A stretch of 64,000 nt of DNA, from NCBI GenBank assembly GCA_946965045.2, contig OX337242.1, positions 2,418,001-2,482,000 on the forward strand, given 5' to 3'. A program made the position numbers and the translations under genes. Below the pieces are notes generated by a model that saw only the letters and a program-made list of their open reading frames with translations, had not been told where the DNA came from and did no database searches. This document shows positions 56,969 through 64,000 of the stretch, one piece after another (position 1 is the stretch's first letter; each line of letters starts with the position of its first letter). This DNA is from Epithemia pelagica. Lineage: Eukaryota; Protista; Bacillariophyta.

Positions 56969-57754
56969 CACGTAGCATGGCTGGGCATTGAGATTCCTGT
57001 ACCAATGCCGGTCGAACCAGTACCAATGTGCACGGTGTGTCGGAGATCCCAGAGGATTCTCTTCTCAATCCCAAGGTTGGCAAACTAGGTAGAAACTCTG
57101 CTCTCGTATGTGGTAGACGTTTGACCCAAGGGCCCGGAATGGCCAAGCTGTCAAGAAAGCCGCACTGCCTGTAGGATTCGACGGGGTGATAATGGCCAGC
57201 CGCAAATGGGGTTCTTCCGTCATGCAGAGATCTAGAGAACCCTCCAAACCAAAAGAACCAATAAAGGAGGTAGGTCCACAGCTCGCCTGGGTCAATGCTC
57301 GATGGGAAACCAACGAAACCATGGTAGAGAGACACGACGTAAGTATCGCCTATACCATTGACTGTTCCATCCATACAACACTACCGGCCGCCACCAAACG
57401 AACATGGCATCCTCCTGGTGGGCGTGTGTGTGTTGCAAAATCTGACAAAACGTCCGTCCTGTAAATAATATGTAACAGAAACAGGGAATTGTCGATTCCG
57501 CAGGCACCCCCACGGGGTGACGGCGACCCACCATGATGACACTACTCGGAATCATCCTGGCGCGGGGGACAGTCCCCTTGTTGTGACCAGCAGATACGAC
57601 TGTTGTGGAACGTAGAAGAATATAGACGCAGGCAGTAGAAACAGACAGAACGATGAAACAGAGGACTGTGCAAAAGGGAAAAAAGACGGGGAAACCGTAA
57701 ATGATAAAGCAACAGAGGCCAAACGTACGTACGAGGCGGCATCCTGATGGTCGC

Positions 57755-58784
57755 TCTGAATTGTGCAACAACGGACCCAACCAAAGTGAGGACCGTATTC
57801 GCGTTGGATCCGTGCCAGCACAGGGAGGGAACTGTCCCCTCCAAAAGGACGGTCGGACGAATGGGTGGTACTACTCGTATCCGCCGCAATGGCATGGCGG
57901 TGAGAAACGTGTTACGCAACCTGGCCACCACCAAGAGGAGAGATTGCATTCCATCCAACGGGGGAGATAATGGTAGTTGGGTGGTTCTGTTGGTGGTTGT
58001 GGGTCTATTGCCGGTGCTCCAGAATTTGTTCTTGTTGTTTTGTAGGTTCGACAGGGTCGCACACAAGAGATCCTCCAAGACGTGCACCAGTCAGTGCTTG
58101 CCAATGCTGGTAGTTGGCGTTCTGGTCATTGTCGGTTTGGTTGGTCGGCCAGGTAGGTACGGATGGTCCATTCGGTGTCGTCTTTTTCAAAACACGTTTG
58201 TTCCGTCGTCCAGGTTTTTGCTCCAAGCCATGGGGTGGATGCCACCCGTGTTGCGAATACTACGGATACACAAATGATTGGACGACCCTGACGACTGGCC
58301 CATGGTGGACGATCATCCCAAGGGCCAGCGCCACCATTGTTCCACCGCAGGCTTCTTCCAGGACGACGACGACGACGATTCGTCGTGTGGCGGCTGGAAT
58401 GGGTGGCAGGCTCGTCTGGATCAAACAGGTTGTTTGTCTGTGGAGCAACAACAACAACGACAGCGACAACGAAAAGGTTCCATTATTTCTTGGTTCCAGT
58501 ACACACTAGTTGCCGAATGACACTGGCCCGACGGGTGCTGGTGGTTCTGGTCACACAACGACAACGACGACACTCGGCTGGAAGAACCAATCAACCAAAG
58601 AAGAAACCAACCAGACGACGGGCTCGTCTTGTGTTGGACCAGGAGAGGATGCTACCAAATGACCCAAACTGCCACGACTCTTCTTCTTCTTCTCCCGCAA
58701 GAAGAAGAAGAAGAAGGATAGCCTCCTTGTTGGGTGTGTACCACCGTGCCGTCTTGGAACGGTCCCAGCGACGGCTCGTTGCAT
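57755..58784 (-). pseudogene. Decayed inverted copy of the first ~930 bp of the PPR gene
   Basis: Starts ATGCAACGAGCCGTCG (MQRAV). Colinear DNA blocks match 45436-46360, with multiple frameshifts. Confidence 0.8.
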
Positions 58785-59227
58785 CCTCCTCCTCTTGCTG
58801 GTGGCGGTGTTGTGGGGTTACCGTCGTCGTTGCCCACCGTTGCACCCGCGCTCTCTTTCTATATCCGTACAGAAACGACACCTCACAATTGTACTAATTT
58901 TTACTCTGTCGACAAGGATGTCTCCAAAGATACCTCTTTGATTACTTCCTAGCGTGTTTAGTCAGGGGGTTGAAGAGTGGGTTATTGAAAACGATCCTTT
59001 CACATACAAAACCGCTGGGATGCATCTCAAGCCCCTTTCCGAGCGTCACCGCCCGCCGGGCGACGCGTGACCATGGCGGACACGGGCGGATGGTAGAGAA
59101 AGATTTTATTTGGAAAGCAAGATTTTTTGAAGTGAAGCAGAACTTGTTCTTCTTCTTGTTGTTGTTGTCTGAATCTCTCTAGAGGACACCAACACCAACA
59201 CGACGTGGATCAAGTCTCTCTAATACC

Positions 59228-60559
59228 ATGGTGCTGCGAACGGTGCAACCCGTGTGGCATGCAGGGATTCAACAAACCTTGTTGTTGGTGGTAGAGGAAG
59301 AACACGACGACGACCACCATTCGAATGGCCCGAGCCAATCCTCGAATACCACAACAACCACGACCGCGACAACCACACCATTACAACAACAACAACAACA
59401 ACAACAAGACAAGGATGACCACCACAACACAAACAACGATAACAACGACAACGACCACCACAACCACCACCACAAGATTTTGGTCTTGGCGTCCACCCAT
59501 AGACTCTTGACGCGCATGAAACTCTCGTCCTGGTTGTTGTGGTCGTCGTCCACGACGACGTGTCATTATTCCACCACACCAACCACTTTTACAACTACAA
59601 GTGAAACCGATCCAACCGAATTGGAACGACGACCGGAACGGCCCAAGGACGACGACAACAAGAAGGACTCGTGGTCGGTGGCGAATCATTCCAGTGCTAC
59701 GACGACGACGACAAGACAATCCAAAGATGGTGCGGACAACACGAACCACCACACCACAAACGACCCGAACGACGACGACGACCCCACGGAACCAACCGAG
59801 GATGGCACTCGTACGACTCCTCCCAAGCTGCAGCAACAGCCACCCCCGAAACCACCTGGGGACGACCACCCCAACAACAACCACAACCACCACAAGCCGC
59901 AACACACGGAGACGTGGGGAAGCAAACCCACACGTCGTCCAACGACGGCCACTTTGGAACTCTCCGTGGGACTGGAACGCTTGTCCAATAGCATGGATTT
60001 GATTCGATCGGCCCTGCAGGACATTCAATTGTGGAAGGATCGAGACTTGACACCAACATCCAAAGACAACCACCACAAAAAGAAATCGTCACGGGATGGC
60101 GCTCGATGGCAAGCCTTGGAACATCAACAACATCGACTGGCCCTACAACAACAAGAACAGCAACAACAACAACAACAGCACCCGTCTAAAGAGGACGACG
60201 ACCAACAAACAAAGGAGGAGGAGGAACCGAGTGCCGACACGGAGCACCATCCCTTGCAGTCGACCATTCTCATGACGGTCGACCAAGGATGGATGCGCAT
60301 GATTCAAACCCTCAATTCCCTGGCCTTTGTCACGGCCATTGCATCCACCTTTTTGTGTCATGAACACTGGAGGACGCCCACCTTGGTACTCCGTGTGGCC
60401 ACCCACCCCAACCACTCTGTGACAACCATAACCACAACAACTCCATTACTCGCCGCAACGGCCACCCCAACAACACCACAGTCCGAGGAATCCGTAGAGC
60501 ACGAGATGGATTCCATCCAGCAGAAAGACAAGGAGAAGAATCTCGCCGAAACAGTCGCC

Positions 60560-60601
<42 letters not shown>

Positions 60602-63406
60602 CAGTCAGAGGAAATGGTACAGCAGCACACCCAAAATACCAACCAACAAGAAGAGGAGGAGAATCACCCAAACGAACAACAAGCTTCTAGCAACAAGGAC
60701 CTCCTGTCCTCCTCGTCCTCGTCCATCCCACCACCGACACAATCCACCACCACCATCACCACTACCACTCGGACCATTCACTTGCAACACAAGACCACAA
60801 CGAAGAACAAGAAGAACAAGAACAAGAATGGCCAAAAAACGGGTACCGAACAAGAACAAGAACCACCCGTCGTGGTGCAACACAAGTGTTGGTTGATTGG
60901 AAGCCATGTGTACGATACCTGCTTTGTCACGGAACGCAATTACGTCTTGCAACAAGTGCGACACTTGCATGATACAATGGCACCGAACGACAAGGAGGCC
61001 CATGAGAATACCAAGAGCAGCAGTAGCGACCAAACCAAGGAGGAGGATGTGGAACAAGCCATGGATGGCAAGTCCAACCTGCAACGTCTCATGGACCAAG
61101 TGCATTGGCAATGGACCGCTTCCAACCATGCGTTTCTGGAAAACGGCGACAAGAACCACCAGACGACACAACTGTCTCCACGACATCCGTGGTACTCCTT
61201 GTGCCAAAAAAGGATGGAGGATACGAATGGTCCTGTTCGAACCGCCAGCGACACTGGCAACCACAACAACAACTCGCAGGATTCCACACCGAAACGCCCT
61301 GTTGGTGCTCGTCGGAACAATAACCTACAACAACTCGATGAATGGGCGACGAAATACCATTTGGATGCTCAATTGTTGGGGGTCACAGCCCTGCCTGTCC
61401 AAACAAAAAACAACAACAACAACAAGCACCAAAACAACCCACAAGAACGACAAAGTGCACAAGAACGGGACGACAAACGCCACCAAGCCGAATTTCGTCG
61501 TTCCATTAAAGATTTGCGTCGACGAGTCTTGTACTTGGTCAAACAACGCTTTTCCGATTGCGAACTGTCCGTCTATGGGAGTTGCTTGACGCAATTGACG
61601 AGTAGCAGTACGACGAATACGAATAACAGTACGACAATGAGTTCGGATGTGGACCTGAGTTTGCACTTGCCGCAACTCCAAGCCTTGCAACAAGCCTTTG
61701 AACGAGGGGACTGTGCGGCCAGTCGCTATGACAAGGAACGGAAATCCATGGTCTATCAAGTCTGTCGCAAATTGGAACGGTACGGAGACTTTGTCAATCT
61801 CGTACCCGTCCCACATGCTCGTGTCCCCGTCATTAAAGGAACCTGGACCGATGCCAGGAATCCCTATACCATGATAACCACTACCAACAACAAGGACAGC
61901 AAAAACCAACAACAGAGAAACAGACACAACCAAAAGGGAACCAAGAATGGCGGCACGAATGGTACGACGGGTCCAGCCGATGCGGCTCCTGCCTTTCCGG
62001 GATCGATTGATTTTGACATTTGTTTGTGCAACGACATTGCCGTGGTCAATTCCTCCTTGATTCGGGAATATTGTGCCATGGACCCCCGGATTCCAGTCTT
62101 GTGCAAATGTGTCAAACAGTGGGCCAAAGCCTGCGGCATTGCCTCCGCGGCAAACAATACATGGTCGTCGTACACGTGGACCAATTTGGTCTTGATTTAT
62201 TTGCAACACGTACAATTCGTACCGAACTTGCAAACTCCATGGTTGATTCGACAAGTCATTCCGAACCAAGAAGGCGACAAGGACGACCAAGCAAACGGCA
62301 CCAACGAGGACAAGCAAACAAACGACACAATGCCCAGCGTAGGAAAGGAAAAGAATCGATGGCATTCCATCAATAATTTGAATACCTTTTTCTTGACGGC
62401 CGATCAAGCTGAAACTGTATGGGAACGACCCAGTCCGTGGACGGACCAGGTCACTGTCGCGGCCTTGTTGTTTGGATTTTTTGAGTTTTATGCCCTGGGA
62501 TTGTTTCAAACTCCCCACGACAGTGAGCATGACAAAGACGGCACCATGAAGGTTCCTCAAAAACAAGAAACCACCAAACGTTCCACTCGATCATTCCCTC
62601 TCTTTGTGATTGGTTTGCGAAGAACTCCTACGACGACGGGACGAGGCATGGACAAGGATCCAACAATGTCGTCGTCATCATTGGAAGGTCCGATGATGAT
62701 TCCCAAGACAGTCTTTCGCCACTGCAAATGGTCCGGCTGGGCCATTGAAGATCCCTTTGAAACATATGATTCGCACTGTCCGCACAATTTGGGCGACCAT
62801 GCCGATGCCAAGGGAATGGACCGTATTCAGTACTGCCTGGAGCAGCAATATCTGTATTTGCAAAGTCTACTGGAATCGTGGTTTCAAAGGCTGGCGACCG
62901 AAAAGCCGTCTCGCAATCCGAAACAGAACACTGTGAATAACGATACGACATGGATGTGGACCGAGAGCAGTGCACAAAGCAAAAGCAACAACACAAAGAC
63001 AAGGGAGAAGGACAGAGGGGAAAGGAGTCGCAAATCCAAAGGTGCCTCCCAGGAACCGAACCAACACAAAGATCCACCCGGTACGACAAGCAAACGTACG
63101 GACCAAGTACAAGATCCTTTGCCGGCGGGGCATTCCAACCAACAACACAACAAACAGGACAGTCGTACAAGTACGGACCAACCAAGCAAGCACCCGCAAC
63201 CGTCCGAACCTGCATCATCACAGGGGCGTCCGGGAAGAGGACGTGGTGGAGACAAGAGAGGTCGTGGAGCAAGCGGTCGATTCAGAGGTGATTGGGGCCG
63301 TGGTCGTGGCGGAGGTGGCGGTCGACGCCTCCCGCACAAGAACAAGAAGAAACCAAAAGAAGATCCCGGACGCAACACCGTGGACCCAGAATCCTCTACA
63401 ACCTAA
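59228..63406 (+). CDS. Cid1/TENT-family terminal nucleotidyltransferase (likely TUTase), 1392 aa, with an RGG-rich tail
   Basis: YGS...SDVDL, FDICL, NSSLIREY, VKQWAK...SSYTWTNLV, FFEFY and WAIEDPFE...HNLG. Confidence 0.88.
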
Positions 63407-64000
63407 GTGCATCTGATGGACATTCAACTCGTCATGGCATCGCTGCCGTCACGCGAATTGGTCTGGGACACATGACTTGCTATTGTACTCTGGGAATGGT
63501 GAAATATCTTCATCTGACTGATTATAGACCAAGTGTTTGAGGATTTAGCACCCTCATAGCCTTCCAAACGAAGATAGATCTTGAGAGAATCCTAAAAAAA
63601 TAGATCTTGTGGCAATGCGCAGAGAAACGGCGCGTCGCCCGACGGGTACTCGCTTTTCAAAAGCTTGTTGGTGGCAGGTTGGTCGCTCTGGAAGATCCAC
63701 GTGTCGTAGTACGTAGTATTGCAGGAATCTCTCCAAACTCAACATCCATCCATCAGATATACCAAAGACCTCTCTCGACATCTTGTGGATGCAAGAGAAA
63801 GACAAAAGAAGAGGAAGACGAGAAGGAGGACGTCCAACTAAAATACGGCAAGCCTCTCGCCTTGGTGGTCCCAAGATACAAAAGATTCACACACACGTCC
63901 CACGTCCCATTGTTCGTCTAGAAGCATTGAACCACACCATGACACGTGCTTTTTCTTCCTCCGTTTTGCCCCTGATGCAGTATTGGCGTGGGATGCTGGT

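Noticed and set aside
56178-57374. 398-aa antisense ORF, and the many antisense ORFs over the PPR, TUTase, LOX and pol genes
   Set aside because: They are shadow frames of motif-bearing genes on the opposite strand.

Overview
Eukaryotic DNA, most likely a pennate diatom (short GT-AG introns, CoDi-like Ty1/copia elements, a bipartite plastid-targeting presequence, a diatom-type lipoxygenase). Positions 1-45,000 are a transposon graveyard. They hold a large inverted duplication with modular repeats and three related copia LTR retrotransposons: A at 6460-13526 (minus strand, non-autonomous), B at 14776-31341 (two disabling mutations), and C at 22243-30626 (intact, nested in the 3' LTR of B). They also hold a 170-bp satellite, a piggyBac/copia chimeric remnant, a 2106-bp tandem duplication carrying a dead Harbinger-type transposase, and a TA-flanked MITE. 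Positions 45,000-64,000 are genic: a PPR protein, a plastid-targeted membrane protein, a multi-TM/lipoxygenase fusion, a Crinkler/RHS-like NTPase+nuclease, an inverted decayed copy of the PPR 5' end, and a Cid1-like terminal uridylyltransferase. The strongest novelty is in the copia family. It carries a conserved extra ORF (called ORF0 here) upstream of gag, its primer-binding site matches a tRNA-Asn anticodon arm (half-tRNA priming), and it includes a recently mobile derivative that lost every catalytic site yet kept a 1105-codon open frame. All comparisons were made by eye and no database search was run.
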